From the NCBI GenBank assembly GCA_977018835.1, contig OZ361260.1, positions 806,001 through 870,000 of the forward strand: DNA of 64,000 bases. The letters run 5' to 3'. The DNA is from Minutocellus sp. GHC0000111. Its lineage: Eukaryota. Below are positions 31,301-44,203 of the stretch, piece after piece. Under the pieces are notes generated by a model. That model was not told the DNA's origin. It was given only the letters and a program-made list of their open reading frames with translations, and ran no database searches. A program made the translations under genes and the position numbers. Numbering within the stretch: the stretch's first letter is position 1; every line of letters begins with the position of its first letter.

Positions 31301-34300
31301 CGGTCACCGGGGGCAAGATGATTCCTGACATCGTCACTGCCAGCCTGGATGCGGAGAACCGATGCATCGCGATCGACGCTCACCAGCACATTACGAATTG
31401 CCTTGGTTGCCGCATCACGAGTTTGAACCGATATGCGCCCGGTATTGCTCAGATCAAACAGAGACTGCTCAAGAGTGGTAGAGTCGGCGGCATATGGTAT
31501 TGGTGCCGTTGGCTCGCCGTCAATCTCTAGATGGAATGTCCCCGTGAGTGGTAGTGATCCCTCTACGACATTGGCGCTTTCAACCAGCGCTAACGATCCT
31601 CCAAGTGCATCGGCATCAATGCTTGGCGAATCAATCGAGCCGCTTCCTGGGGGGAAGGTGACACCATTGTAAATGCCAGGATTCTCCAAAAAGTAAATCT
31701 TCCATTCCAGTCCACCCCGTGTGGGTGTGGTGCTTGTCCCATCGACGGCAATGTCGCCCCAACCACCTGACAAACAGTCCGGAAAGCAATCTCGTGTCAC
31801 GTGAACCTTGCCCACAGTGCTCATTTCAGATAGCTTGGCGGCCAATCTCGAGGCTGATTCGTCGTACGCGACCTGTCGTGGCCCCGAAGAAGAGAAGTAT
31901 CCATGAGGAATGATCCCCGACAAACCTGACGAACCCTTTTGAATCTCATTGACAATGGGAGTACTTGTGGTGCCTCCAGTATCAGATGCCTGCACAACAT
32001 GTAGCAAAGGAACGTCGCCGGCACAAGGAGGTGTCTCACTAGGATTGCCAATAAACGTCAGTTCCCACTCGATGGCGCCGTACTTGTCCAAAACCGTTCG
32101 AGTCACATCGACCTTCCTCTGGGAAGTAGCCAAGATGTGAGCCGCAACCTCTGCTGGTGATGCATCCCACGACAACGTCGCAGCAGTGCCTCCGCCGACC
32201 CCATCACCGCCGTCATCAAATGCAGTGAAATCACCACGCTGAACGACGCCATCGACACAATCAGAGCAGGTGGTGCTGTGAATTGTCCCGTCGGATATAC
32301 TTTCAACGATGACTTGTTGTCCCATGCCAAAGTCATTGGCGCCGCCAACACTGCCACAGGTTCCAGGAGCAAAGGATGCGGTAATGGGAGGGAAATCCCC
32401 AGCGTTGTAGATGCTAACGTAGTAGAGAAAGCCATTGGGAGCGTCCACTTCGGATCGAATCCTTTCCACCTTGACCACACCTTGTTCGCTACTACTGCTA
32501 CTTGTATCGGCATCGAGCACGGCTTGAATTTTGGTGGCAACATCATCTGCCTCAGCATTGTGCCGAATCCAATCCGTTTCAATACCATTCACATGCAATT
32601 TGAACTCGGCAAATGTGTCGCTCGCGGCAACGACCGACCCATCGGCCCAGCCCAGGTAATTGGAGTCCATCACCCGAATGAGTTGCCGTTCCGCCGATCC
32701 CATTGGTCGGACACTGTTGGCATAATCTGTGGCATCCATGACGACTAGCTTGGAACACTCGCCTGGTCGCTCACAGCTTCCGCTCAGACCACCGACATCG
32801 CAAAATGAATCGGCACTGGTGGTGCTACTAGTACTGCACAACTTGGGCACATTGCCCGGTGCATTGCACAATCCAGTACCATCGTCCTTTTGCTGACACG
32901 GACCGTCCACATCGCGGAGAAATTCAATGGTCCAGGAATAGCCGCCGTTCCTTGGATTGACAGCGCTCCGAGTTACCGCAATGTCGCCAATATTGTCGAG
33001 CTGCTCGAGCCTTTCTTCCATCGATGACCCATCGCCGCCGCTTTCGATAGCCGATGCCGGGGCGTTGTGAGCAATCATGTCGGTACAAGCGGTGGTCTCC
33101 ACACTCATGACGCCGTTGGAATTCGTCCCAGCAGAGTCGAGACACAGTTTGAAGCCACCTCCAATCGGGTCCGTACCGCGTACGAGCTCGGCGACCGTGC
33201 ATCCATTGCTGGGAAATCCACCATTCGTTGTGGAAAGACCCGAATCGACACATTCCATCATTGGCACGTTACCGACATTTTTGCCCCAGGCCTTGGGAAA
33301 CCCCGACGATTCCCATACATCGTCATGGCTCGCAGAGGCGGCGATGGAGGGACCGAACCAATTGCCTGGCACATCCGACAAATCGTGAGGCTCCGTGGAG
33401 TCCTTCCACATATTGGAGGCAAAGGTGACGGTCCATACGTAGCCGCCGACCTGCGTGCTGCTGCCGCTACTTCCATCGGCGGGGCCGGTCCTGATGGGTT
33501 CGGGAGTACGTGAAACGATGACAGCGGAAGGTGCAATGGAAGTCAATTGATTCAAAGCAGCTTCCACATCCTCGGCGGATGCATCGTGATTGATGGGACG
33601 AGTCGTCTCGCCATTGAAACGAAGCTGAGAGGTTCCACGAATTGAGGTGCCCCGAACGCTCTCCGTTACAGTTGCTACGGCGCCTTGGCCAATCAGCGAG
33701 GATGCTGTAGGAACGTATGTCAGGGACGCAACGTCCCCTCCAACGTCTTGATGTTGAAAGATGACTGTGTACGCATAAGACATCCATTGTGTGGGAGTTG
33801 GAGATCGAATGACATGGATTTGGTCGGGCCTGCCGCCAAAAATGTGCTGTGTGAGGAGTGACTGCATATCCGCAGCTGACAACGCCATAAATCGATTGGC
33901 ACCCGAACTACCGGTTTGGATTGCAAATATACTCGCCGAAGGAGATACTGCCGGGTGGCGAAGATTGCCATCCCAAGACAAGGCAAAGGATCCAGCAACC
34001 TGGTTTCCATCGCGAGATGTTCCTGGGTCGTCCATGGAAAACGACGCGCTATTGTGTGCACCCTGATAGACATCGGCATCGCCAGAATCCTCATCAGATA
34101 CCTCGAGCTGCACATCGGAACCGATGAGATTGACACCACCATCGGTACCGAGAGCTGGAATGTTACCGCCACGAGAGGCAAAGGTGATGGTCCAGGTATA
34201 TCCACCCGATCACCGAAGCTGCGACGAGGGGACATAGGGCTCACGGGAAACATTGAGGGTCCCAAATACGCGACTATCGCCATCCGTAATGGCCTCCAGC

Positions 34301-36594
34301 TCCTGCTTGAGAGTGTTGGCATCGATATTGGCAGAAAGAGAGCTGGAAGTGTAAGTTCCCGGCATCTCCACCTCGTACTCGTGGGGCCAAGTGGTCGAAA
34401 GAGAAAAGGTTCCATCAATCATTGACGATTCCTGCACGGTTTCAACAGAGCAGGTGACATCCCCCGAGATGGTACTGCATGACATTTCGTGGACAGATCC
34501 GGGCTGTTTCTCAAAGGTAATACTCCAAACAAATCCAATATTCGCTGAAAGGTCTGGAACAAGACGTCTTGACACTGCGATGCCCGTGGAATCGATCACA
34601 GACAGACCACCCAGCTTTCCCTCCCAATCGGTCTGAGATATCGACGCTACCTTGGTTCCTACATCAATGGGCAATGTCGTGTGGACACGAGACGCAAGGC
34701 AGTGGCTGCTCACACCCGTTCCATCGCCATCAGCCTCGTCCCAATCGGAATGATAGGTGCCATACTCCACGTCGGTATAATCTGTGCTCGGTGGTGCGGA
34801 GCTCTCCAGTGTGATTTGGTCGGCAGCATCGTCAATGGATACAATCTTGCGATACAAGTCAATGCCATCGCCAGAGCTGAATCGAATGTGCTGGCCTTCC
34901 AACATTCCATCGGTGAAGGCATCGTCGTCAAACGCCGCTTCTGTACCCGAGACAGACGTCGACATGGTAAATCCACTGCCAAGCCTAGTGATGCTGGATT
35001 CGCATTCGTAATCCAATGCTACCAAGCCATTGGGCTGACTGCCCCTGACGGATTCTACAGCCGTATCCGACGCCGAGTTCTCATAAAAGTTGCCATGGTT
35101 CAAATCGGCCGCCGACCCGGTGGGCGTCACGCAACCCTCAGTGAAGTAGGCACTGGGACACATGGTTGTGGTGTAGGAGGTGCTCGTCGTATCAATCTTG
35201 ACTCCACTGTTGACGATTGTGAGCGGTGTGACATCGCCGCTGCTATGATGGGCATCGAATTCAATCGCATACAGAATCTCGTATTCGCCAGAGCACGTGG
35301 CCGGTCCACCTCCCGACGAATCCAACGTGCACGATCCCTTGGTCTTGATGCGACCTGTTCGAGTGACCGTGACGCCCGTCTGCTTGCCTGGCATGCCTGT
35401 TTCCGGCCCAAAGGTCATAAAGGGCGTGCCATTGTCATCAATCATTTCGTTAATGGCCTTCTGCAACGTTCCAGCGTCACCCTCGGTCGCCAAAAGCGAT
35501 GCTGCGCCACCTGGTGTTACCGGCGTCGAAACGCAATGATCACCACCCATTGAAGGATTGGATACGAGACCAGGAGTACAAGAAATAACGCCGGCCGAAG
35601 GGACGTACTGTGAGACGGCCTCCTGGCAGAAATTCGCTCTGCCACCACCATCATTGCCACCGCCGCATTCGTCAAAATCAAACGACACCGTGAAGGAACC
35701 AGACAGCGCCTCCTCAATGTCCTGGCAGGGCTCTCCCACATTGACGCCGTAGCAAGCTGCACTGTTGATATTGCCACCGTCGGTGTTGATGTTGGAAATC
35801 ACAATCCCAAGCCGTTGCACCTCGTTGACCCGTTCCACCGATGCTGTCACCTCTTGAATCTCGGGAACGTCATCGCCATGTGTTCGCACGAGCTGGATCT
35901 CATCGACGTCGTCGGCCAGTATGGCAATGATCTGCTCCTCGTCAGTATCCACTGCCGTGGTGGTTACAGTCTGTACTTCTGCCACAACGTCATCGGCCGT
36001 CGTCGTTACCACCTGAACCTCATCAACTCCCACCACTGTCGATCGGACCGATTGTACTTCGTTGACCACCTCCACTGTGGCTCGGATGGCTTGGACTTCG
36101 GGCTGGACATTGGGCGATTCCACCACGACCATTTGCTTCTCCCTCACCACGGACTTGGTGACGGTCTGAGGATTGTCGTCAAAGGCAGGAGACGTATCGT
36201 ACTGCACATTGTATCTGTCGATGGCACTGCCACCATCCAATAAAGGCGTATCAAAGTCCACCCGCAGTGTGCTGTCATCCGAAACAGATACAACATCAGC
36301 AAGGGTGGGTGCATCCGGTGTAAGGTCATGAAGCGGCCCGACTTGCACGGCATCGCTCGTTTTCGACGCGCCTAGCTCATTGAACGCCGTGAGGCGCACC
36401 GAATATCGAGCGCCAGGGTCGAGGATTGTTGCTTCTGCTCCCGTGATGACATTTCTGCCTCCGAGGTGGTAACTTGTCGCATCTCCATCGATGGTGGTGG
36501 AATAGACGAGCCTTTCGTTGGTGGGTGACGAAGCGCTTGCTGCATGCACTTGCGCGAGGAGAAGGAAGGCAAGGAGCTTTTTCATTATTATCAT
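25367..36594 (-). CDS. Giant FN3 cluster gene C (~3700 aa), interrupted by one in-frame TGA (34210-34212) and frameshifts near 28213, 27937 and 26828
   Basis: Signal peptide MIIMKKLLAFLLLAQVHAASASS. ORFs 34210-36699, 28183-34113, 27881-28117, 26440-27948 and 25367-26776 read as one continuous repeat protein across the lesions (e.g. QLR*SGGYTWTITF). Confidence 0.75.
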
Positions 36595-37102
36595 GGCGCC
36601 ATTGGCTGTGTATTCTAGCAATACGTCTTCCCCTCTTGCGAGAGAAGAATGTACGATGGTGCCGACTGCAGATCTTGGTCGGGTTTTGTGATTTGTCATT
36701 TCAGTGTCACATCATGTGTCGCATTCGATTCGCGCCTCTTCCGCCGACACATTCATTATTTGCAGATGGCGAAAAGAACAAATAGATGCATGCACTAGCC
36801 AGCTGCACAGCTGCATGCTGGCAACATTTAGCACACTGCTTCCAGTCATCTCCTCGGCAGGCATCATCACAGTCATCAGGCTCTCTCGAGTGAGAGTTGC
36901 CATCATCATTGCTGCAGGCGAGCGAGGCGTGCAATTGCCTTCATTCGCCGGCCCGGCCGTTTGCGGTGCGACTTAGTGTATGCATTCACCCAAACCCACA
37001 AGTCAAGCTATGGGTAGTGACGCTAGTAAAATTCACCGTGCTACCAAAATGCAATTCATGACAACTGACCCCACCAAACTACTCTACACTATGTTGAGTT
37101 AA

Positions 37103-38400
37103 TCATAGTTCGACATCTTTTTGTATCTCACTGCCGTTCGGCCTCTGGAAAGGGACACATCTTATACGATGGAAGAACGAAGTTTCTTTTTCCATATTCA
37201 AAAAAATATTTTTCATATTTGTAAATACGAAATTGTCATATTCGATTTCTTCCCCTCGAGCCAATTTGCTCATTAAGATACGGAGCAATGCCCTACATGC
37301 TGAATCTAGATATGCCGCCAATACATCATATATGCCTTCTCTTATCCATTTGTATACGTTGATATCTTCAGTGGCCTCAAATCACGTGTTGGTAAATAAA
37401 AATAAAGAAGATACAGAAGTGCCCGATTTCCACCTGTTTTCTGGAGATTGCAATTGATTCTTCATCTAACATGGCCCCGTATCATCCGGAAAACGGCTTA
37501 TATCATCATAAATATAAGAAGATGGGTCTATGCCGCCCCTGGTACACAAATAGTAGATATTGGCTACGAACTTTGGTTTCATTTATTAGCTTTCTACCTG
37601 GCATCGTCACTCTGGCCTGACGAAATCCCAACCACATCACCACGACGTTCTTTCATCATCAACACCGCCTAAATAGCTAGTAAAACCATGTGTCATACCA
37701 TCTCTGACATGAATCCACCGAATGAGCAGTTTGGATACGGTCGTGGCCGAACTAGCACCTTCCACAGGCAATGAACAAACATGAATTATTGTTCTGCGTA
37801 AACAAAAAGGCATTGATTGCAAATTCTCACCGTTGCTCTCGATACATTTCCCCTCCGCCGCCCCAAGACGGAGTAGGAGCTACCAAAATGCCATCACGGT
37901 CGTGTCGATCGCTTTCTACTGCGTTGAGAGTGGCAAACTTGCAGTTCAGATCAAAACAAATGAACGAGGACGAAAGACATTCAATTCCGAAAGGACCGGC
38001 ACTCCTCCTCCCTTTTCTGCACGCCGGAAACGAATGCGATCGTCTCCAGTCGATGGCCAATGATCTTTAATATCGAACACTGTGTGGTAGGGTCGGAATC
38101 ACGATGGATGGGTAATTGGCATCTTCGTTACTACTCTTGCTTTTGTGGGAAGGGAGCACAGCGATTCTGCTCCCGTAACGAAGTGACAATCGTTGCGCCG
38201 GTGCCGATGTTTCCATCCCCCAGACCACAAACACGCTCTTGGCAACACACCATACCATATCTCGTCGAAGAATATAATGCCAGATTGGGCATCTGCTCTC
38301 GGTACATCCATGCTGCATGTCCCTCTTGGTTGGGCGGTCGTGGAGTCGACGCCGTCCGACCGCCGCAGATGCAGCAACGCCAAACCACCCCAAAATCCAG
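37103..38400 (-). pseudogene. Heavily decayed coding relic of unknown family (possibly a TE remnant)
   Basis: AT-richer tract. Minus frames read protein-like but carry several stops explicable as CAA/CAG/CGA>TAA/TAG/TGA (e.g. FMMI*AVFRMIRGHVR*RIN...NG*EGIYDVLAAYLDSACRALLRIL). Confidence 0.3.
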
Positions 38401-39572
38401 AACAGTTGTGTTCGGCATCAGAAGCGTACATCGTATCTCATTGGACGAAGATTTAGGAGGCAAATATCGACATTGATTGGGGTAAAAGGTCGGTCGTGGG
38501 TCAATAAGTCATGCAGAGGGTGTCGTCAGAAGCCGTTTTGCCGAGTTGTGCAGGAAAAGCACAACACGAGATGTGCTGGGAGCTCCAAAATCGCAGATTC
38601 GCATAATGCTGTGCGAATGAATACTTTTGACGATAGTTGGTGGAAGAAGTACCGAGAAATGAGGTTGTGGGAGCGAATGGTGGAGCCCATCCGATAGTTG
38701 CCTCGATTGTGAGGTTGAAGAGAAAACGTCATGCTTTTTACGCGGAAACGTCCGATTCAACGAACATTTATGGGGTGTATAAAGATGAGGGGAAATCTCG
38801 AGAAAGATGTGGAACTAGCATGGACTTTTCATATCACACGAAAGCCCTTTGAGAGGGGAAGCGGCTCATATGAAAAGTCCCTGCTATCTCAGCCATATGA
38901 AGGCAAGGGACGCGGAATTCGCCGAGCGGCAGCATCGGAAAAAATTCCCATGGTGGAGACGTTTTTTATGGCGTGCGAGGTTTTCTACGAAAAAAACGAA
39001 TTTTGCAAAATTTTGTGCTTTTTTTACTAGCGTCACTACCCATAGCAGCCAACAAGGCCGAGAATGACAGTATCCTCCTCTCGCCTCCCTCTCTTCACAC
39101 TGACTTCACACATAAATGGAGGGATACACATGCAAAGAATGTTCTTCCTACCTTACAGTCAAAAACCTTTGCGCCTTCAACGGATGGGCAGGCGCGCCAA
39201 ATCTTGCTTGCTTCACATTCAAAATCCTCTCTCTGACGCCAAAGTGTGCCTACACAGCAATGCAGCGCCACACAGCATGAGGCGTTGGATTCTTCTGAAA
39301 GCAGCCGCAGTAGGCAGTCTCTCTCCATTTATTTATTTGCTTTCAGGATTTTCTGCACCACTCCACCAAACACAAAGCATCGGTTATCCCTCATTACAAA
39401 GGCTTGCTCCGATTGGTTGCAGGGAGAGAAAAGGTGAGGAGTTGTAAATGTTAACTTCATGCAGTTCGATCTGATACTTCACAATTTCTTTCGACTTCGG
39501 TCGCATTGGCTGCTGGCAGTGAAAAGGATATCACATCATAAATCTTTCAACCGAATCTCGAATATCATTTCA

Positions 39573-41365
39573 ATGGAACCATACCTCTCACCAAACAACA
39601 ATACCTCACTGGGTGCAGACGCCGAGGAGGAAGACACATGTAATCATCGTACTTTCGTCATGTCATCTGGTCGTTCGATGTCTCGGCGGAGCCCAAACAG
39701 CTCTCCCTACCGCTCGACCCATCTCCATCCGACTTTGCCGCAGAGCGATGCTCGCCGCTTGGAGCAGCAGATTTATGCAGGTATGCAGCAGTATCCTTCG
39801 CGACCAGGAGGGGTGAGCAGAGGAGGCGCACCCTTCTTTGGGCGGCACCACCAGGCAGCGTTTGAGCGCGGAGAGGTCTATCTTGCACCCTCAGCTACAC
39901 ACACTTACCCAGCATCTCTTCGGGGTCGATCTACCGCAACAGCGTCAATCCAGGCAGGCCTACTCGCCGGCAATTCTCCTCCTCCTGAATTCTTGCGTCG
40001 ACATCACCCTGGTCAGCAGCTGGAAGAACCCATGCTTCGTGCAGCATGCGAATCCGTCGGCAGCCCACCAGATAGAGCAGCAGAGCGTGGCCTCGTCGTC
40101 GGAACCAGCGCTGCTTCTCATCATGGCATGCTGCCGGAATTCGTCGCAGCATCCGCGAACCCTACTCCAAGTCGTCTCCGAGGCCAGCCTCCTGGTGAGG
40201 ATTCCTACTCCGCCGAGTACGGGCCACTGAGGCATCTCCACGGTCCCCATCCTCCTCATTTGAGTTCTCAGCCATTGATGGCATCATACACCGAGCTGGA
40301 GCCACGTCGCCCCTCGCTTTATGGACCCGCCGTAATGACAGCAGTGGCAATGTCTGATCTTCCTCCCCGCATTCTTGAGGAATCGTTTGTGCGTCGTCAT
40401 GACCCCATTGATCCTTCGCTTCCCGCCGCTGAAATCATCAGCTCTAATTTATCTGGAAATCCGTATTATGGACGCTACGAGTCCACCACCCGTCGATCTC
40501 CACCAAGCCATTTCCCCGCGGAAGAAGATGACGAAGAGGACATGCCACCTCTCCCCCCTTTGCCTACTGTTCAGCCACTAGTTCAGCCTCACCGGGAGCT
40601 GGAGCAGGCTTTTCAGGGAGAGAGCCGCCGTCGTCGCCAAGAAGTACAGACGCATAGACGACCTCGCCGCCAGGCGTCGAGGCCTACTACCCCTGTGGCC
40701 CAGGAATTCGCAATCGAAGCAGGAATATTTCAATTTCCTATACCTCTAGGCATCCCATCTGACGCCAAATACCTCACCGAATTCCATTGTTTTCTCCGTT
40801 CCAATCTCATCGAGGTTTTCTGTGCTACCAATGACGACATGAATGGTGAGTTGCATGGGCATATTTTTACAATGGCCTCATCAGAGCCTCGCTGGCTAGG
40901 CAAATACAATTCAATTCACTTACCTAGAAACCAATGCTCCACTCTCTTTACTTATTTCTTTTCCATCGTCAGCCCCACGTCGAGGTAGGAAGAAGCCGGT
41001 GCTCCTGGGCCAGGTTGGTGTTAGGTGTATGTCTTGTCGTCTGGTCTAGGCTTCACAACACCACGTCCTCTCCTTCATCGGTGGCCGCCTCCTCGCCTCA
41101 TGCCAGCCTAGGTGGAAGCGGTGGTAGTCCTGATTCGTGTAGCTTTGGGAGCTTTGGTGATACATGTAGTACCATCACCTCTTCTTCCACCTTGGCCGCT
41201 TCACCTCCAGATACGGCACCAACAGTCTCCGCCACTGCCAACGCAGCAGCTCATTCAAGCGAGGCGGTGGATTCTTCCATCTCTGATGTCGCCCAAATTA
41301 TGCTTGAAATGAAATCTCCAGTGGTTTGGACCGCTGACGAGGCCCAGCATGTGGAACCTATCTAG
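39573..41365 (+). pseudogene. Diatom-type 'GQVGIRC' Cys/His domain protein, domain truncated by an apparent deletion near 41040
   Basis: PIPLGIPSDAKYLTEFHCFLRSNLIEVFCAT..D, intron 40846-40972, then APRRGRKKPVLLGQVGVRCMSCRLV* (stop 41047-41049). A Ser-rich tail continues in another frame to 41365. Confidence 0.65.
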
Positions 41366-41838
41366 TTTAGCTAGATTAGAAGTTGGAGGCGAGCTTCTAT
41401 TTCGAAGAAAAGAATTGAGAGTCGGTAGTGTACCATGAAAATAACGTTCCGAAGAAAAAGAGAATGTTGTGTGTGCCAGTCAACTATTGCCTCGGTACCT
41501 ACTAGATAGAGGCGTTGGCGCTTGAAAAGTACATGCACATGACATACAAACAAACTTCTGTGAAAATCAATTATATAATATAATAATGTTAAGTCCATTG
41601 TTATTCACAGGAATCAAAACTTGATCGCATCAAATCTGTCCCTACAATTCGTTCATTTCATCCATTTGCGATCGCACCATGCAACATGCAGTACGTACTA
41701 CCTAGTATGATTACTCATTCTTTGTACAGGTGAGGAGACAATGACAATGCCGAGATTATACTCGACGACTTGCGGTCTTTGTCGTTGTTGTTCATTTTCC
41801 CCCAAAATTTCTCTTTCTCTACGATCGTACTCACCCAT

Positions 41839-43773
41839 TTATTTGGCATCGACAATTTCGGCTTCGACAGTGGTCGAAAAGCGAGAGATTTGTTGGGTTG
41901 GGTCACACTGATCAAGAGCGCTATGAATAGCATCGGTACAATTGATCATCTGGACGGGTACTCCGTCTGACACTTCGACTAATCGATTGACCAGCTCTTC
42001 AACTCCTGTGAATTCCAGAGCGGTGACACCCTTCAAATCCAATACGATGGGATCTTCATGCGAGTAGTGCCGCTCCTTAATGCGCTCCATCAAGTCATCA
42101 ATCTCAAACATTGACACAAAGTTGATGGGACCGTTCAGCTTGAAGGTGTGCTGTCCAGAATAGCTGCCGGGAAGGAGCGAGCTTGCCTCGTCCTCGAGAT
42201 GAAGAGGAGTCGCCACGATGTGTTCCTGGATATTCATTCGCGCTGAATCAAAGGACATGCCATTGTTCTTCAATTCCATCGCAAGGGCTGTGACGCAACC
42301 GATTCCAATACCTTCGGCGAGTCCCATGGATAACATACCTGCAATGGTCGTTGCGAAAGGAACGGCATCGCCCTTTTGAACGGCGTAGCAATGTTTGAAC
42401 TCCACCGGATTGAGCATACCAATACCAGTGGTAATCAAAACACCGGACAGCGCTGGCATGGGGATAGTGGCAATGCTCGAACTCATAAAGGCAACGCTAC
42501 TGAAGACAAAACCTGCCTGGACCAGAGCCGGCAACCTCGTGGAAGCGTTTAGCCGCACATTCAAACCGGAACGAGCAATCACCGACGTAACGGGCATGCC
42601 CATGAAGAAACCAGAGCCAATATTTGCAAGACCTTGTCCGATAAGTTCTTGATCCGGATTATGTTTGTACGACGTCTTCTTCATTTTCTCCAATGCAGCG
42701 CAGGAAAGGAGGGATTCGACACTTGTCATGGAATAAATAAGCAATGTGGTGGCAACGAGACTGGGAATGGCATCGGTACTGGGCATAGCGGGCAATCCAA
42801 ACTGAAAGGCTTCCAGACCACTGGGTAAACTGCCGATGAGGGCGACATCCAAACCAAATGCATGCGTGGCGGCCGTAGCACCACCGACGGCAATAAGGGC
42901 CGAGGGTATCTTGGGATGGATCTTGGGCAAACCAAACATGGCTGCTGAAGTCCCAATGGCAAGAGCTGCCGAGGCAGGATCCACGGCACTGAGATGAGAA
43001 CCAACATAGCCAATCAATTCGACCGGATTGAGACCAGCGGGGGCTGACATGCCGAGCGCCTTGGGGATTTGGCCAGACAGGATGAGCGTGCCGACACCGA
43101 CAGTGAAGCCTGCAATGACCGATACGGGAACGAGCTTGGCCACGACGCCGACGCGAGTAACGCCCGAGGCAAGCTGCAAGCCGCCGGTGGCCAGAGTGAT
43201 GAAGGGCAATGCTTCCAATCCATGCGCCTGCACTGCGCCGACGACAAGGAGACTGATAGCAGCAGCGGGACCTGTAACGGCCAGAGTTGTTCCTCCCATG
43301 AGCCCCCCGGCAACGCCCGAGACGGCAGCCGTGACAAGTCCCACCTCAGCGGGAACGCCACTGGCCAGAGCAATGGCAAGAGAAAGCGGAACGGCAATGC
43401 AGCCCACGGTGACACCTGCCGATATGTCCGTGAGGAGAGTCGATGAGTTGAACATGTTCTTCCATTCGGGGACAAGAGACGGGATGCCAAGATTTAGAAG
43501 CAGCGGTTTCTTATTGGTCTTCTTGGTGGCTACTTCTTTCTCGTCGTTATCGTCTTTGTTGTTGGTTGAAAGAAAGCGAAACTGCTGCTGCGCCATTTGC
43601 TTCTGAGCAGTGAATGAAGCCATGGGCGGTGCCGATCCCAAAGGAAGAAACGAGCAGCTGCTCAATGTAGAGAGTGGAGCTGCTGATGCCGATGTGCTGG
43701 AAGCTGCCGATGATGCCGCCGCCAACAACCTTGACCGCACCGCATGCCGATGAACGAGAAGTGCCGATCGCAT
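41839..43773 (-). CDS. SulP/SLC26 anion (sulfate/bicarbonate) transporter with STAS domain and mitochondrial-like presequence
   Basis: DISAGVTVGCIAVPLSLAIALASG, GPAAA, VIAGFTVG, NPDQELIGQGLANI..FFMGMP.T.VIARS; STAS LNGPINF..VLDLKGV. Arg-rich leader MRSALLVHRHAVRSRLL. Confidence 0.9.
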   Translation of the reverse strand: MRSALLVHRHAVRSRLLAAASSAASSTSASAAPLSTLSSCSFLPLGSAPPMASFTAQKQMAQQQFRFLSTNNKDDNDEKEVATKKTNKKPLLLNLGIPSLVPEWKNMFNSSTLLTDISAGVTVGCIAVPLSLAIALASGVPAEVGLVTAAVSGVAGGLMGGTTLAVTGPAAAISLLVVGAVQAHGLEALPFITLATGGLQLASGVTRVGVVAKLVPVSVIAGFTVGVGTLILSGQIPKALGMSAPAGLNPVELIGYVGSHLSAVDPASAALAIGTSAAMFGLPKIHPKIPSALIAVGGATAATHAFGLDVALIGSLPSGLEAFQFGLPAMPSTDAIPSLVATTLLIYSMTSVESLLSCAALEKMKKTSYKHNPDQELIGQGLANIGSGFFMGMPVTSVIARSGLNVRLNASTRLPALVQAGFVFSSVAFMSSSIATIPMPALSGVLITTGIGMLNPVEFKHCYAVQKGDAVPFATTIAGMLSMGLAEGIGIGCVTALAMELKNNGMSFDSARMNIQEHIVATPLHLEDEASSLLPGSYSGQHTFKLNGPINFVSMFEIDDLMERIKERHYSHEDPIVLDLKGVTALEFTGVEELVNRLVEVSDGVPVQMINCTDAIHSALDQCDPTQQISRFSTTVEAEIVDAK

Positions 43774-43999
43774 CTTGTGTCCTCTTCGTGCGCGCCGAGT
43801 GAGAGGTGAATAATGGCCAGATGAAGCTCGCTTTGGCGACAAGAAGTCGTATTTGTATCAGCAAGTCCAGGGGAGTACCGATGGTTAAGCACTTTTGGAG
43901 AATCTAATTGATGTGCCGAGAAGAAATGAAGGAACAAGCAGTGTCATCATCTCAATCTTCCGCCTCTTCAACCAACTGCCGGAAGCAGCAGATACGGAA

Positions 44000-44040
44000 T
44001 CGAGTGAGTCGAGTCGAGTCGAGCGAGTCGAGTCGAGTCA
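44000..44040. repeat. (gagtc)n microsatellite
   Basis: cgagtgagtcgagtcgagtcgagcgagtcgagtcgagtca. Confidence 0.85.
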
Positions 44041-44203
44041 ATCGTCAAGAAACAACCTTGGCTGGCAGATCTGAAAAGGAGTGAGTAGGAATAATATCAG
44101 GGTGCCTACGTACATGTAGCTAGATAGCTAGCTAGGTACACGTACATGTACGTGTACAGCTGCACAGCTGTAGAACGAAAGGAAATGTGCAAGGCAAGAG
44201 CAG

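Noticed and set aside
28819..35553. Plus-strand ORFs of 290-382 aa
   Set aside because: Antisense shadows of FN3 gene C.
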